Of a stretch of DNA of 64,000 nt, positions 1 to 9,724 are shown piece by piece. The stretch is from positions 5,191 to 69,190 of the IMG/VR virus record IMGVR_UViG_649633002_000001; one strand, 5' to 3'. How positions within the stretch are numbered: position 1 is the stretch's first letter; every line of letters starts with the position of its first letter. The position numbers and the translations under genes were made by a program. The notes under the pieces were generated by a model. It was not told the origin of the DNA and searched no databases. It saw only the letters and a program-made list of their open reading frames with translations. Origin of the DNA: a virus (Duplodnaviria > Caudoviricetes).

Positions 1-204
1 AGCGAACGAGAGACGTTATATAAGTAAGGGCGACAATGCTGCTGACGGTTCCCCGCTCTTAGAAGCACCGCATCCTCTCAGTCTCTCCATGAACGCCCAC
101 GTCATCTTTGCAAACGCCGTCGGTGATCCCGACGCGAAGGCACTTGTCGAAGAGTGGCGACCTCGCTTCATTATCCGCGCCGCCACAAGCCAGGAGGTAG
201 AAGC

Positions 205-438
205 ATGGCACTAGTCGTCACGCCATACTGCCTCACCTGCGACATATGCGGCGAAGAGATTGCTGTACCGCGCAACGCTGCACGCAACGGCGAGGCTCTC
301 ATGCTGTTCGCTGAAGCCACCGCCATCAGACACAATCTCAAGCACGCTAAGACAAAGCTGATCCAGATCAAGCCAAAGACGATTTGCTGGGCAGACTTGG
401 TCAAACCTTTCCGCGATGAGTTAGAACGCATCGCCTGA
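205..438 (+). CDS. Small phage hypothetical protein with CxxCxxC motif
   Basis: ATG at 205 preceded by AGGAGG; YCLTCDICG. Confidence 0.6.
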   Translation: MALVVTPYCLTCDICGEEIAVPRNAARNGEALMLFAEATAIRHNLKHAKTKLIQIKPKTICWADLVKPFRDELERIA

Positions 439-675
439 CGACGTCCCACCTGTGCGCGGTCCTCTCCACTGCGCCTCAAGAGCCGTGTGTACTGCCCTCC
501 TCCTCAGTAGACGCGGCTCTGTCTCCTTCTATGCCAGACACCAACAGGACAAGCACCACACTCCTGATGACCTTCGGTGTGTTCCTTGTGTGGTGGCTCT
601 TTCACCTATACGGCCTCACCTGACCCGCAACACAGAGGAGGTGATCCAGTCTCCCGATATCCGAAGACACAACCT

Positions 676-1023
676 ATGGCTGAACGAGCAAAGCGACCGT
701 GCAACAAACCCGGTTGTCCTGAGCTTGTCTCCAGTGGCTACTGTGCCGTTCATCAAGATGCAACGAAGGCACACGACCGATGGCGTGGCTCAGCCACCAC
801 CCGTGGCTATGACCATGCATGGTCTAAGGTCCGCCGACTCGCTCTCAAGCGGGACTCGTACCTTTGTCAGCATTGCCTGCTAGCCGGTCGCGTGACTCCG
901 GCGTTGGACGTTGACCACATCCGTCCCATCACCAGCGCTCCTCAGCTCAGGCTTGACCTCAGCAACACCCAGAGTTTGTGTCGCGCTTGTCACGCCCTCA
1001 AGACCGCAAAAGAAACCCCATGA
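676..1023 (+). CDS. HNH endonuclease (terminase-associated, HK97 gp74-like)
   Basis: RGYDHAWSKVR...LKRDSYLCQHC...VDHIRP...NTQSLCRACHALKT; directly upstream of terS; likely start ATG 676. Confidence 0.9.
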   Translation: MAERAKRPCNKPGCPELVSSGYCAVHQDATKAHDRWRGSATTRGYDHAWSKVRRLALKRDSYLCQHCLLAGRVTPALDVDHIRPITSAPQLRLDLSNTQSLCRACHALKTAKETP

Positions 1024-1156
1024 GATCAACCACTTAAAAGTGGTGGGTGGGGGCATGAAATGCGTAGACATCGAGAGAGAAGCCAACCGTCACCCAACGC
1101 GATTTATCTGCACGCGGAACGTTTCCCAATTTTTAGCAACAGAGTCACCCTCCACC
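1024..1156 (+). other. Putative cos/packaging initiation region
   Basis: Intergenic gap between HNH and terS containing a G-run (GTGGGTGGGGGC), the usual cos position in HK97-like phages; positional inference only. Confidence 0.35.
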
Positions 1157-1657
1157 ATGCCAGCAGGACGCAAACGACTACCTTCCGCCGTACACGAAGC
1201 CCACGGCAACCCCGGCCACCGCAAGCACGCACCAGAGATGGATTTCAGCGCAGCCGGTGAGATCGGAAAACCGCCTTCCTGGCTCGATGCCGGAGCGAAG
1301 GCCGAGTACAAGCGAATCGTCGCTGCCCTCTCAGACCTTGAACTACTGCGTTCAACTGACGTCGGTGTGGTCGCCTCATACGCAATCGCCTATTCCCGAT
1401 GGATGGCCGCTGAGAAGCAGGTCACCAGAGAAGGCACCGTCATTCAGGTGATGGGCAGCCAGGGCCAGACCAAGATGGTCAAGCACCCGGCGTTATTGGT
1501 CGCCGCTTCCGCTCAGCAACAGATGCTGCGAGCCGGTTCCTTGCTGGGACTGAACCCGGTAGACCGCGCCAAGATCTCCGCATCACCCAAACAGGCCGCC
1601 AATCCTTTCTCCGCCATCTTCGCCATGACCGAAGAGGACCCCGCCGCCATCAACTAG
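1157..1657 (+). CDS. terS: Terminase small subunit (P27 family)
   Basis: MPAGRKRLP...GNPGHR, PPSWL, KHPAL, LGLNPVDRAKI motifs; ATG 1157. Confidence 0.9.
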   Translation: MPAGRKRLPSAVHEAHGNPGHRKHAPEMDFSAAGEIGKPPSWLDAGAKAEYKRIVAALSDLELLRSTDVGVVASYAIAYSRWMAAEKQVTREGTVIQVMGSQGQTKMVKHPALLVAASAQQQMLRAGSLLGLNPVDRAKISASPKQAANPFSAIFAMTEEDPAAIN

Positions 1658-1667
1658 GACCCATCCC

Positions 1668-3335
1668 GTGACCGACTACGCCGCCCTCGCTCATCAGTAT
1701 GCGCAGGACGTAGTCACGGGCAAGATTCTGGCTTGTCGCTGGATCAGGCTCGCTTGTCAGCGTCACCTATTTGACCTAGACCGCATTCAATCTTCTGAGT
1801 ATCTCTACAAGTTCAGCGCACTCAAGGCCAATAAGGTTTGCGCTTTCGCTGAGATGCTGCCTCTCGGTGGTCGCTTCGCTGCTAAGGGAAAGAACCTCAA
1901 ACTCCAGCCTTGGCAGTGCTTTCTACTTGCGTGCACATTCGGCTGGGTACATAAGACCAACGGCCTTCGCCGGTTCCGCACGGTGTATCTTTACGTTCCT
2001 CGTAAGAACGGAAAGAGCTTTCTATCAGCCGTCATCGGTCTGTGGATGCTCATGTTCGACGGTGAGCAACAGGCCGAGGTCTACTGCGGAGCCACGACGC
2101 TTCCCCAGGCAGAGTATGTCTTCAAACCAGCACAGCAGATCATACGCAAGTGCGCGGGGCTTCAAACCTTCGGCGCGAAGAACCTCGCCAGCGCCATTGT
2201 CTTTCCGGCTTCCGAATCTCGTATGTCGGCTGTCATCGGTCAGCCACCTGACGGTTCATCTCCAAGTTGCGCCCTGCTGGACGAAGCTCACGAATGGTCA
2301 AACGACATTCTGATGAGCACAATGCAGACCGGTATGGGGGCTAGGCTTCAGCCGCTCACCCTCGTCACCACGACTGCTGGGTACAACACAGCCGGTCCCG
2401 CGAAGCTCATGCAAGACGAGCTTCAAGATGTCCTCGAAGGCATCAAGGAAGACGATCAGTTGTTCGGCCTCATTTATGGCCTGGACGATAAGGACGATTG
2501 GAAGGAACCATCTTCTCTCGTCAAAGCGAACCCAAATATCGGTGTGAGCGTCGGGCTTGAATACCTTCAATCTCAGCTCCACAAGGCCATACAGACACCC
2601 CGCCTTCAAACAGCGACGAAAACGAAGCACCTCAACATCTGGTGTGCCTCCGCAGTCGGCTGGATCGACATGGATCGTTGGTCCCGCTGTAAGGACGAAA
2701 ACCTCAGCATTGAAAACTTCAAAGGTGAGACCTGTTGGGCTGGTATCGACCTCGCGAACAAGATAGACCTTACGGCTTACGTTCTGTTGTTCCGCCGGGT
2801 TCTCAATGGGATTCCTCACTTCTATCTGTTTCCAAGGTTCTACCTCCCAGCCGCAAAGATTGACGACCCCGCCAACGGCCATTACAGGCAGTGGGAAGGT
2901 AACGGCTATCTTCAGTCGGTACCCGGCGAGGTCAATACCTTTGAGGAACTGCACGAGCAAATCAAGAAAGACCGCGAACTCTATGACGTGGCGGAATGGG
3001 CCTTTGACCCGGCTCACGCTCACCTCTTCGTAGCCAAGCTGCTTGAAGAGAAGTTGCCGCTGGTAGAAGTCCCCCAGACGTGGAAGTTTCAGTCGGAACC
3101 CATGAAAGAACTAGAGGCTCTCGTTCTTCAAGAGCAGCTTCATCACGACGGTAATCCTGTCATGACGTGGTGTATCGCGAACACGACTGTGAAGTATCTG
3201 AATGGCGACGTGATCAGACCTGACCGCGCCAGCTACGAAAAGAAAAAGGACGGTACAGACGCCACCCTCATGGCTCTGGGTCGCGCCCAAGTCGCCAAAC
3301 CCAAGAAGACTGCGTGGGCAGTGGAAGTCTGGTAA
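1668..3335 (+). CDS. terL: Terminase large subunit
   Basis: LQPWQ, Walker A PRKNGKS, Walker B LLDEAH, nuclease GIDLA and KKDG motifs. Confidence 0.97.
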   Translation: MTDYAALAHQYAQDVVTGKILACRWIRLACQRHLFDLDRIQSSEYLYKFSALKANKVCAFAEMLPLGGRFAAKGKNLKLQPWQCFLLACTFGWVHKTNGLRRFRTVYLYVPRKNGKSFLSAVIGLWMLMFDGEQQAEVYCGATTLPQAEYVFKPAQQIIRKCAGLQTFGAKNLASAIVFPASESRMSAVIGQPPDGSSPSCALLDEAHEWSNDILMSTMQTGMGARLQPLTLVTTTAGYNTAGPAKLMQDELQDVLEGIKEDDQLFGLIYGLDDKDDWKEPSSLVKANPNIGVSVGLEYLQSQLHKAIQTPRLQTATKTKHLNIWCASAVGWIDMDRWSRCKDENLSIENFKGETCWAGIDLANKIDLTAYVLLFRRVLNGIPHFYLFPRFYLPAAKIDDPANGHYRQWEGNGYLQSVPGEVNTFEELHEQIKKDRELYDVAEWAFDPAHAHLFVAKLLEEKLPLVEVPQTWKFQSEPMKELEALVLQEQLHHDGNPVMTWCIANTTVKYLNGDVIRPDRASYEKKKDGTDATLMALGRAQVAKPKKTAWAVEVW

Positions 3336-4682
3336 ATGGAAGTATTCTCGTCAATCCGCGCCCTGCTCGATACCCGAGACAAGGGCCACCCAATCTCGCT
3401 GGAACTCCGCCAGCAGCCCACACTCAACACGCCCTCTGTGCCACTGAGTGGTGTGGGCTTCGAGTGGGCGTATGAACTCGGCGGCGGTGACGGCACTGTA
3501 TCCGGTGAGGCCATTAGCAATGACACGGCCATGCGAATCATCACGGTTTACGCCTGTATCCGGGTATTGTCTCAGGCTATTGCTTCTCTGCCTCTTGTAC
3601 TGAAAGAGAAGATTGAGAACGGCAGCACTGATGCTGTCGCCAGCCCGCTCTATTACATCCTCGGCACGGAACCGAATCCTGAGATGGACAAGCACCGCTT
3701 CTGGGCCACCATCGTTACCGGCCTCATGCTGACGGGGAATGCTTACTGCCAGATCGTCCGCAACAATGCCGGTCAGGTGGTTGAGCTATATCCTCTCCTG
3801 CCGACCATCACCGAACCCTACCGCCTAGACTCCGGCATACTCGCCTTCCGCACTCAGCAGGGTCAGGCACCCGGTAACTGGAAGACGCTACCGGCTACCG
3901 ATGTCTGTCACTTCGCTCTGATGTGCTTGGACGGCATCAAGGGCATGTCTCCTATTCATCAAGCCCGTGAGGGTCTCGGCCTAGCTCGTGCCGCTGAAAA
4001 AGCTGGCGCAAGACTTTTCGGGAATGGCGCTCGTCCTGGCGGTTTGCTCATAGCTCCCGCCGACATTACACCCGAGCAAAAAGAACAAGCAAGGAAGTCA
4101 TGGCAAGCGAACCACGGCGGTTCAAACCAGAACGGCACGGCTGTCCTCGAAGGCGACTGGAAGTATGAGGCGCTCAGCCTCAGTCCTGAAGATTCTCAGT
4201 TCATTCAGGTACGCGCTATGCAGCGAACCGAGATCTGTGCCCTGTACGGAGTTCCGCCCAACATGGCCGGTGATACTTCAAGGCTCTCAAATAACAACCA
4301 CGAGCAGACTTCACTCAGCTTCGTGACCGATACGCTCCGACCCATCCTCTCCACGCTGGAATGCGAGTTGAACCGCAAGCTCATGCCCAAGGTTGGCCGC
4401 AAGGCGGGTAGCTACTTTGCCGAGTTTGACCTCTCTGAGCGCCTTCGTGGCGACTTTGCGACCCAGATGAAGGGATACGCAATGGGCAAACAGTGGGGTT
4501 GGTACAGCACCAACGACATTCGCCGCAAGCTTCGTGAGAACACCATCCCCGATCCGCAGGCTGATGTGTACCTGTATCCGGTCAATATGGCGAATGCCGA
4601 TCAGCTACCGGCTCAGGCGGATGAAGAAAACATTGAACAACAGCCGGTAAAGGAACCGGAAAAGGAACCCAATGCAGCCTAA
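3336..4682 (+). CDS. Portal protein (HK97 family)
   Basis: VYACIRVLSQAIASLPL, GNAY, GMSPI, FGNGARPGG, ICALYGVPP motifs; follows terL. Confidence 0.96.
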   Translation: MEVFSSIRALLDTRDKGHPISLELRQQPTLNTPSVPLSGVGFEWAYELGGGDGTVSGEAISNDTAMRIITVYACIRVLSQAIASLPLVLKEKIENGSTDAVASPLYYILGTEPNPEMDKHRFWATIVTGLMLTGNAYCQIVRNNAGQVVELYPLLPTITEPYRLDSGILAFRTQQGQAPGNWKTLPATDVCHFALMCLDGIKGMSPIHQAREGLGLARAAEKAGARLFGNGARPGGLLIAPADITPEQKEQARKSWQANHGGSNQNGTAVLEGDWKYEALSLSPEDSQFIQVRAMQRTEICALYGVPPNMAGDTSRLSNNNHEQTSLSFVTDTLRPILSTLECELNRKLMPKVGRKAGSYFAEFDLSERLRGDFATQMKGYAMGKQWGWYSTNDIRRKLRENTIPDPQADVYLYPVNMANADQLPAQADEENIEQQPVKEPEKEPNAA

Positions 4683-5424
4683 ATCACCACTGGAAGCCAT
4701 GGAGGTCCGCACGGCTCCTTTGAAGGAAGTCCGCGTTGAAACCAATGCGACAGGCGGCCATACGGTGTCCGGCTATGCCATTGTGTTCAATTCTGAGAGC
4801 GTAGACCTGGGCGGGTTCATTGAAGTTGTTGCTCCCACCGCTCTAAACCGCACCCTCACCGGCAACCCCGACGTGCTCTGCCTCCGCGACCACAAGCAGG
4901 AGTTCTTACTCGGCCGCACAACGGCTGGGACGTTGAACCTTGCCCCAGACGACACGGGTCTTCACTTCACCTGCAACCTACCGAACACGACTGTCGCCAA
5001 CGATCTCGCGGAAAGCCTGCGTCGTGGCGATATCGACTCCTGTTCGTTTGGCTTCAGCGTGGTCAGCGATGCGTGGACGACTGACGGGAACGGCAACGAC
5101 AGACGTACCCTGCTTGACCTTGACCTCTTCGAGATCAGTATCGTCAGCTTCCCCGCATACGAATCCACCAGCGCCTCATTGCGTACGGCCCCGCCTGAAG
5201 TTCGGGCACGTGTAGCAAAGCGAACCGCTGATGAAGGTGCCGACGACGACAACGTTTGCCCCTGCACCTGTCCCGAGTGTCTTTCCGGAACCTGTAATAA
5301 CTGCTCGGTTGATGGCTGCTCGTTGGACCAGTGTTCCTGTGACAACGACGAGCGGTCCCGCACACTTCACCAGAAGCGATCTCTCCTAGCCCTCCGGCTA
5401 CTAGAGATGCAGATCACCCTCTAA
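4672..5424 (+). CDS. HK97-family prohead protease with Cys-rich C-terminal extension
   Basis: GYAIVFN, DH...LGRT, SFGF, EISIVSFPAY motifs. Confidence 0.95.
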   Translation: MQPKSPLEAMEVRTAPLKEVRVETNATGGHTVSGYAIVFNSESVDLGGFIEVVAPTALNRTLTGNPDVLCLRDHKQEFLLGRTTAGTLNLAPDDTGLHFTCNLPNTTVANDLAESLRRGDIDSCSFGFSVVSDAWTTDGNGNDRRTLLDLDLFEISIVSFPAYESTSASLRTAPPEVRARVAKRTADEGADDDNVCPCTCPECLSGTCNNCSVDGCSLDQCSCDNDERSRTLHQKRSLLALRLLEMQITL

Positions 5425-5558
5425 AGCTCTCCTCCACTGACGGGTTGTAACCCCAAGCTGCTCTCCCGAGCGGCTGAACCGGATTGCGCCCAAAATCACC
5501 GGCCTCTCCGGTTCAACCTCCCTCCCTCCTATCCCACCCGCCCCACCAAGGAACACCC

Positions 5559-6725
5559 ATGTCCATGCCCGCCCTTCAGGAACAGCGCAATAAGCTGATG
5601 ACCGATGCTGCCGTAATCCTCCGCAGCGATGCTCCCACCGCAGACCAGATTGAGTCCGCCAACAAGATGATTGCCGATGCCGGCGAGCTGGAGCAGCGCG
5701 TCGCGACTCTCAAGCAGGTTGAAGCGTATGAGGCCGAGCAGCGTGCCTTCGTACCGGCTCCTCGCCCTACTGGTGAGCAGAGCAAGGATGAGCAGCGCAC
5801 CCGCGCCGTTGATGCCCTCCGCTCATACATGATCAGAGACCGCGTAGAACCCGAGTACCGCGACCTTCTAACCACCAGTTCCGCGTCCGCTGGCGTCACG
5901 ATTCCGCAAATGTTCTCACCCGTGCTGGTACAGGCTCTTAAGGATTACGCACCCGTCCTTGATGCGGTCAACGTCATCACGACCAACAAGAACGGCGCTC
6001 CGATGAAGATGAACCTCATCAACTACACCGGTACCATTCTGCCGGTCGTAGCCGAAGGAACGCAGTTCCCAGAGATTGATCCCGCCTTCACTTCTCAGAT
6101 CTTGAACGTGGATAAGCTCGGCGGTGAGGTCAAGATTTCCAATGAGATGCTTGACGACTCCGAGTTTGACCTCGGCGGATGGCTCACTCAGGCTTGGCAG
6201 AACACCTACGGCTACTCTCTTGAGCACTACGTAACCGCAGGAGACGGCAGCAACATCGCCAGTCTGTTGGCTGTAGCTGCAACCGGTACGACCTCGGCTG
6301 CTGCTGGTGTGATCACCTATCCCGATATCGCTGCTCTGTACGGCGGTCTGACTGCCGCTTATGCCCGCAACGGTTCGTTCATGATGAGCACCGCCACCCG
6401 CGCTGCGCTCATGGCCCTCACCGCTACGACTGGTCAGAGCATCTTCAACACCGACCCGACCAATGGTCCGTTCTCGTCTATCTTCGGTCGTCCCATCTAC
6501 ATCAATGATTCGATGCCGACCCTGGCCGCTGGTAATAAGGCGATCCTCTTTGGTGACTTCAAGAAGGCGTATACCCTTCGCCTAGACGGTGCGCCGACGA
6601 TCAAGCGTCTCGACGAGCGTTATGCGGATACCGACGAGGTGGGCTTCATCATCCGCTCACGCGTTGGTGGAATCACGATGAACGCTGGTATCGCCCCCGT
6701 CATAGCACTCACCGTCCACGCCTAG
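5559..6725 (+). CDS. Major capsid protein (HK97 fold, N-terminal delta domain)
   Basis: ATG 5559 after AAGGA; coiled-coil N-terminus, ISNEMLDDS, IFGRPI, ILFGDF motifs. Confidence 0.95.
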   Translation: MSMPALQEQRNKLMTDAAVILRSDAPTADQIESANKMIADAGELEQRVATLKQVEAYEAEQRAFVPAPRPTGEQSKDEQRTRAVDALRSYMIRDRVEPEYRDLLTTSSASAGVTIPQMFSPVLVQALKDYAPVLDAVNVITTNKNGAPMKMNLINYTGTILPVVAEGTQFPEIDPAFTSQILNVDKLGGEVKISNEMLDDSEFDLGGWLTQAWQNTYGYSLEHYVTAGDGSNIASLLAVAATGTTSAAAGVITYPDIAALYGGLTAAYARNGSFMMSTATRAALMALTATTGQSIFNTDPTNGPFSSIFGRPIYINDSMPTLAAGNKAILFGDFKKAYTLRLDGAPTIKRLDERYADTDEVGFIIRSRVGGITMNAGIAPVIALTVHA

Positions 6726-6731
6726 CAACCC

Positions 6732-6769
6732 GTAGGCGGCTGGCTTGCCGTAGATAGCCAGCCGCCTAC
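6732..6769 (+). terminator. 14-bp stem-loop after the capsid gene
   Basis: GTAGGCGGCTGGCT-N10-AGCCAGCCGCCTAC; no U-tract. Confidence 0.55.
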
Positions 6770-6780
6770 ACCCCACTCCC

Positions 6781-6987
6781 ATGACAAAAGTAAAGATGAC
6801 ACACTCCGCCGTCGGCGCTGGGATTCACCATGCCGCTGAGCACGTCTACGAGCTTCCCGATCATGTCGCGGAGCAGTACGTGAACGCAAAGCTAGCCACT
6901 CGCGAGGAAGGTGAGCCTGAAGTTGCTGCTCACACTCCGCAAGAGAAGCGCGACAAAGCCGTTCGCAAGCCCAACGAAACCCGCTAA
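6781..6987 (+). CDS. Small head-associated protein
   Basis: 68 aa between capsid and connector; VYELPDHVAEQYVNAKLA resembles small post-capsid phage proteins. Confidence 0.6.
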   Translation: MTKVKMTHSAVGAGIHHAAEHVYELPDHVAEQYVNAKLATREEGEPEVAAHTPQEKRDKAVRKPNETR

Positions 6988-6996
6988 GGAACATCA

Positions 6997-7656
6997 GTGC
7001 CCGATTACCAACTCACAATTCCGCCGGTAGTCGAGCCCGTGTCTCTCGCTGAAGCAAAGGCACATCTCAGGGTGGACTTCCCTGACGAAGACAGCCTTAT
7101 CGCCGGATTCATCAGTGCGGCTCGTGAGATGAGTGAGCAGAAGATGCAACGCGCCATCTTCAATCAGACCTACGTCCTGAGCCTTGATCAGTTCAACTAT
7201 GGCGATTGGCGCAGCACGATTCCTATGGCTCGCCGCAACCCTTTGAACTACACCGCCCTTTGGGAAGCCACAGCACTCCGCTTGCCCATGCCGCGTCTCG
7301 TTTCGGTCACCTCAATCACCTACGTTGACACGTTCGGTGTAACGCAGACCCTCGATCCAAGTCTCTATTCCGTAGACAAGTCTTCTCAGCCAGCCCGCAT
7401 TGTTCCCGCTCCCTCCGGCTCATGGCCCACCTCGGACTACTACATGCCCGGCAGTGTAAAAGTCACCTTTGTCGCCGGTAGCTACGGAGACGGCATTCAG
7501 GTCAACACCTGCCCCGCCTCAATCAAAGCGGCCATCCTGCTTGTCCTGGGGCACCTCTACGAGAACCGTGAAGCCAGCACCGTGGCTTCACTGAAGATAC
7601 TCCCGCTTGGCGTAGACGCGCTGCTCAGTCCTTATCGCTTCTATGGGGGCATGTAA
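6997..7656 (+). CDS. Head-tail connector (gp6-like)
   Basis: EPVSLAEAKAHLRVD...IKAAILLVLGHLYENRE...ALLSPYR. Confidence 0.93.
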   Translation: MPDYQLTIPPVVEPVSLAEAKAHLRVDFPDEDSLIAGFISAAREMSEQKMQRAIFNQTYVLSLDQFNYGDWRSTIPMARRNPLNYTALWEATALRLPMPRLVSVTSITYVDTFGVTQTLDPSLYSVDKSSQPARIVPAPSGSWPTSDYYMPGSVKVTFVAGSYGDGIQVNTCPASIKAAILLVLGHLYENREASTVASLKILPLGVDALLSPYRFYGGM

Positions 7657-8007
7657 ATGAACGCCGGAACCCTCAATAGACGCATTCAGATTCAGAGCCA
7701 ATCCGAGACCAGAGACCAAGCCGGTCAGAAATCAACCCTCTGGGACACTACCTACCAGTGTTGGGCGTCGATAGACGTTCAACAAAGTCAGCTTATTTAC
7801 TCCACGGCAGAGTTCATAGGAAATACCACGTACCGCATCACTTGCCGCTATACATCCTCAGTCGTCTTCCAGCCGAACCAGAGGATTGTCTATACAGAGC
7901 CAACTACCGGCGTGGTTCACCTTTATGAGATTCAGGCCATCCTTAATGACAAACAGGCCAACAAGCTCTTCATCTTCATGTGCTACGAGCTGAACGGAGA
8001 GGGGTAA
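7657..8007 (+). CDS. Head closure / head-tail adaptor
   Basis: MNAGTLNRRIQIQ...WASI...RITCRY. Confidence 0.88.
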   Translation: MNAGTLNRRIQIQSQSETRDQAGQKSTLWDTTYQCWASIDVQQSQLIYSTAEFIGNTTYRITCRYTSSVVFQPNQRIVYTEPTTGVVHLYEIQAILNDKQANKLFIFMCYELNGEG

Positions 8008-8009
8008 GC

Positions 8010-8378
8010 ATGGTAGAGACCACCATCTACACCATCCTCAGCACGAGTCCAGCCGTCACCGCTCTTGTCAGCGACCGAATCAATCCGATGGTTCTGGATA
8101 GAGACACCGGCTTCCCAGCAATCTCCTACCTCTTCATCAGCACGGTCTCATCCCCCACCTTCAGTACACGTGGCTCACAGCGGTACCGGTTTGAAGTGAG
8201 CTGCTGGGCACAGAAAGCCCTCAGTGCTTGGGAACTCAGAGCAGCGGTCATCACCGCCCTGAATGGCTATTCCCAAGACGGTGTGGTGATTCAGTTCATG
8301 CTTTCCCGCGATATGTTCGACCACATCTCTGAGACCTGCCGCGCCACGGCCGAGTTCTACGTCTTCAGCAATCTCTAG
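8010..8378 (+). CDS. Tail terminator/completion protein (DUF3168-like)
   Basis: VTALVSDRINP...FPAISY...RFEVSCWA; ATG 8010. Confidence 0.75.
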   Translation: MVETTIYTILSTSPAVTALVSDRINPMVLDRDTGFPAISYLFISTVSSPTFSTRGSQRYRFEVSCWAQKALSAWELRAAVITALNGYSQDGVVIQFMLSRDMFDHISETCRATAEFYVFSNL

Positions 8379-8494
8379 CCCCCACGACCTCACAACCTGA
8401 CCCGCCAACCCAGACCGACTCATTCCCGGCCTTGGTAGAGCTGCGTCTGCGTGGGGCTAACCCTCCCTTTCAACCAATATCAGGAGCATCACCC

Positions 8495-8971
8495 ATGGCA
8501 TTAGCAGCAGGAGCATCAGCAGCACAGGTAGCAGGAACAGGCGCAATCCTCAGCATAGGCGGTCCGACCGGCGCTGGTGGCTCTGAAGTCTTCGTCACCA
8601 TCGGTGAGGTGAAGGATGCAAAGCTATCCGGCCGCAAGACTTCCACCACGATGAGCACCAACTTCGCTTCTCTCGGTATTCAGCAGAAGGTCGCGACCAT
8701 CACCGATCTCGGCACAGCGACGTTCACGGCAAACCGCGTCGGTAACGATGCCGGTCAGCTTGCTATCAATGCCGCGCAGCTCACCCGCGTACCGTACGAC
8801 TTCAAGTTTCAGATCCCACCCAACACCGTTAACGGCCAGACCACGGGCGACTTGATTACGTTTAGCGGAATCATCACTGAGGCGGGTTCCTTCGATGTCA
8901 GCTTGGACAAGGTGTCCGAGTACACCTTCACAGTTGATCTCAACTCCTACAACAGCGTGCTGGGGTCCTAA
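8495..8971 (+). CDS. Major tail (tube) protein
   Basis: ATG 8495 after AGGAG; FVTIGEVKD, DLGTATFTAN, TFSGII; position upstream of chaperones. Confidence 0.8.
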   Translation: MALAAGASAAQVAGTGAILSIGGPTGAGGSEVFVTIGEVKDAKLSGRKTSTTMSTNFASLGIQQKVATITDLGTATFTANRVGNDAGQLAINAAQLTRVPYDFKFQIPPNTVNGQTTGDLITFSGIITEAGSFDVSLDKVSEYTFTVDLNSYNSVLGS

Positions 8972-8973
8972 TC

Positions 8974-9366
8974 ATGGCGAAGGTCGCGAAGAACCCCGCA
9001 CTAGACCCTACTCTGCCGAAGGTGGAGCTGAAGCTGAAGGGTAAGACCTATCATCTCTGCTTCACGTTCGCCGCCCTCGCCACTGCTGAGGCTGCGCTCA
9101 AGAAGATAGGGCACGAGATAAACATCTTTCATGCTTTGGACTTCGCCAACCTTGGCGCAGAGAGTCTGGCCGCCATCCTGTATGCCGCACTCATCACTGA
9201 AACGCCTGACTTCAATCTTTTGGAAGTTCCGACCCTCATCACCATGAGGGACATCCCCGCCATCAAGCAAGCTCTGTTCGATGCGTTCGCCCTGTCTATG
9301 GTCGAGCCTGATAAGGATGCTAAGGCAGACCCTTTAGAGAATCCGCTGGATCTGGAGCTGGACTAG
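8974..9366 (+). CDS. Tail assembly chaperone (gpG-like)
   Basis: Follows tail tube; ends just after an in-frame slippery heptamer. Confidence 0.75.
   Translation: MAKVAKNPALDPTLPKVELKLKGKTYHLCFTFAALATAEAALKKIGHEINIFHALDFANLGAESLAAILYAALITETPDFNLLEVPTLITMRDIPAIKQALFDAFALSMVEPDKDAKADPLENPLDLELD
9330..9336 (+). other. Programmed -1 ribosomal frameshift site (C CCT TTA)
   Basis: X XXY YYZ heptamer in the gpG frame; the -1 frame is open (RESAGSGAGLDSAELW) directly into ORF 9384-9722. Confidence 0.8.
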
Positions 9367-9383
9367 ATTCAGCCGAACTATGG

Positions 9384-9722
9384 ATGTCGTGGTGGGTCAC
9401 GGCGACGCTAGAACTCGGCCTCTCTTCTGAGCAGTTCTACGACCTGACCCCACGACAATTCCAAGCCCTCTGTAAGCGATACCAAAATAACCGCGAGACA
9501 GTAAGAAACCATACCGAACTGATGTTCGGGCAGCTCACATCTTGGGTTGTCAACACAGGCTTCCGCAGCTATTTCGAGAAGTTTCAGATCCCGGCTCACT
9601 TCATGCCGTCACTTCTGGCCCTGAAGCAAGCCCCAACCAAACAGCCGAACACGCGTATGACGAAGGCCAAACGAGCGGCTGTCGTAGACACGATTCGCAT
9701 GATGTTCCCCGCACAGAGATAA
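9384..9722 (+). CDS. Tail assembly chaperone gpT portion (expressed as gpGT fusion)
   Basis: LGLSSEQFYDLTPRQF motif typical of gpT-like domains; in the -1 frame of gpG. Confidence 0.8.
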   Translation: MSWWVTATLELGLSSEQFYDLTPRQFQALCKRYQNNRETVRNHTELMFGQLTSWVVNTGFRSYFEKFQIPAHFMPSLLALKQAPTKQPNTRMTKAKRAAVVDTIRMMFPAQR

Positions 9723-9724
9723 CG

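Noticed and set aside
452-883. Overlapping and antisense ORFs in the track (e.g. 452-883, 2298-3023, 16319-16909, 59720-60328)
   Set aside because: Shadow frames of well-supported genes in GC-rich DNA, with no motifs or RBS
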